DNA from: Hydrolagus affinis | Taxonomy: Eukaryota | NCBI GenBank assembly: GCA_012026655.1 | Contig: JAAILG010000095.1 | Span: 62,001-126,000 of the forward strand | Direction: 5' to 3' | DNA length: 64,000 bases | Shown: one piece after another, positions 62,069-64,000 of the stretch | How positions within the stretch are numbered: position 1 is the first letter of the stretch | How the letters are laid out: each line of letters opens with the position of its first letter | The notes under the pieces: model-generated | What the model saw: only the letters and a program-made list of their open reading frames with translations | What the model was told of the DNA's origin: nothing | The model's database searches: none | Made by a program: the position numbers and the translations under genes

Positions 62069-64000
62069 GTATTACTGTAGAATTATTTTTAACTTTATTT
62101 TGAGAATCTTATCGGGGTTTCATATTACTCAAGCCCTCATTACAATCTTGTTTTCTTTGTATCTTTTAAAAATATTTCCTTTTAGTTAATTTTGCCCACT
62201 CAGTTAACTATTTTGGTCTACGCCTTCCAATGTTCTTCCTCTAAAGGTGATTTATGCCCTGTTGACCTTCAAATGGTCTTAAAATATTTGCCAGTTCTGT
62301 TTTCTTATTTAATCTTCCATTAGAGCACTTCTCAGAGCTGCTACGTTTGCATTTCTAAAGTCATAGGCTTCTGTATTATTACAATACTTTTTAGTCTTGT
62401 CTTTTAATGTGATGTCAAATCTAACTGCACTATGCACTGCCCACTGGAGAACAATGTACACCAAAATCTCAGTTAATGATCAGTTCTGGTAGTCAGTGAA
62501 ACATTGATCACTTCTGTGAAATTTGTTGTATATTCACCCTCTCTTCTAGTTGACTCTGACGTGACTACTTCAGGAAAGTTGAAATTCCTCCATGGGTATT
62601 GCATTGCGATTTGCCCATTTATTTGCTTAAAGAGGTCTCTGACTACTGCGCTTGGTCAGTTTGAGCTTTTTAGCTGATATGTTGCCAATTATTATTCTGT
62701 TACCCTTAGTTTTGCTGTTGTACATTCAGTAATTTACATTAGTAAAAATATAGAGCTAGTTGACAGTTACTAGTACACATGGTTTGGTTTCTGACATGCC
62801 TTTGGAAAGGATATTCCTTACCAGTTCCACTGCATTTTATTTTACTCTATAGCGCATGCACTAGAAATTGTATTGACAGATTTTGAGATGGTGATATCTT
62901 GGAGTTCTTTGTAATGGTAGCATGTTAGCAGTGCAGCGCTTTACTTCTTTTAACTTGCACTATAATTGGCAAAGCTGCCTGATAAACATCAGGATGGAAA
63001 CAGTTCCTCCATGGATAAAACATAAGCAATAATTAAAATGAAAAGTGGGCAAGGATTCCATAAGAAACGGAGGCGAATATGACAAAAGGCTGGAAGTAGA
63101 TCTGCTGATCCTGGCTTTTCATCATCGCTGATTAACAATCTCCTTGAACAATGAGCTGTTCATCCACACCGTTCAATGATCTCTTGAAGGCATCTCCTTG
63201 GTGCTGGAGTTTAACCCATTGTGTGCACTACTGCTGTGTTGGAGAAAATAGAATTCCATTATGAGCAGCTGCTCATCCTGTGCTGATCAAAGGCAGCAGC
63301 AGATTTTCCGTGCATCTATCACTGGAGCTGGTGGAGACAGAAAGCACCATGGACTGAATGGACCTGGACGAAACTTCTTGCAGCTTTAAGCAGAGCCTAT
63401 CAGATGTTGACTAGCAGTAGTGAAACCTTTTGTCTTTGTATCTGCTTCAGTGCTTTCTGAAGAGTCCTTTCCAGAAGACCTTATTTAACTGGAGCAGCTG
63501 CGGCTGTGTGTGTGGGTGGAGGGGTGTGACCACTGGGAGAGTTTGCTGATGCAGACAGGCTGGCTGGTGATTAACAAAGGTCAGTAAACTTTGGAATCTG
63601 ACAAGCAGAGTCAGATGGCTTTTCTTCCATGAGGGAGCCATTCTAGGTCTCCTGGGTGGCTCAGGCATTATGGAGTGCTTGTTTCTACTTGCTGATAGCT
63701 ATTAGCACCACTGAGCTGCAGTGTACAGTAGCAGCCTGGCGAGCAAAAAGAAAGAGGGGTTCAGGCATGTTGCATTGTAAACAAGCCTTTCTGGCAGCTT
63801 CTCAACCTTCTCTCTATGTAAGCAGAATTATTTCACAGTGCTGAATTGCTTCTGTAACTACATGCTCATTTGGTATGGTGGACGTGCTTTCACAGTGTGC
63901 AACACTAAATCTAATAAGTGCAGAGAGGAGGAGAGAGAAGGACAGAGCACAAAAAGACAAGAACATTGCTTCAGGTTCCTCTTTAGCCAGGTATTGGCAA

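Overview
This is AT-rich vertebrate genomic DNA. The repeat content (L2 and CR1 LINE fragments, Deu-domain SINEs with L2-type tails, a shark-type Penelope-derived repeat) points to a cartilaginous fish, possibly a chimaera; that assignment is inference. I found no supportable protein-coding exon. The listed ORFs are either chance ORFs, microsatellite translations or decayed LINE ORF2 pieces. About 1-34 kb is dense in often nested transposon remnants. About 36.7-39.8 kb looks like the 5' end of an unidentified + strand gene, with a CRE, a YY1-type motif, strong splice sites and unique islands between GA/CA microsatellites. About 40-64 kb looks like a long intron that is TE-poor near the promoter. 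The best leads are a Penelope-type insert with a degenerate hammerhead core and a 15-bp TSD, a MER131-like copy with DNA-transposon ends, an unclassified repeat family with a residual ORF, a candidate recursive-splice motif and a promoter-proximal hairpin. I see no convincing evidence of a wholly new system. Family names come from recalled consensus sequences, not from a search. Boundaries of decayed repeats are approximate.
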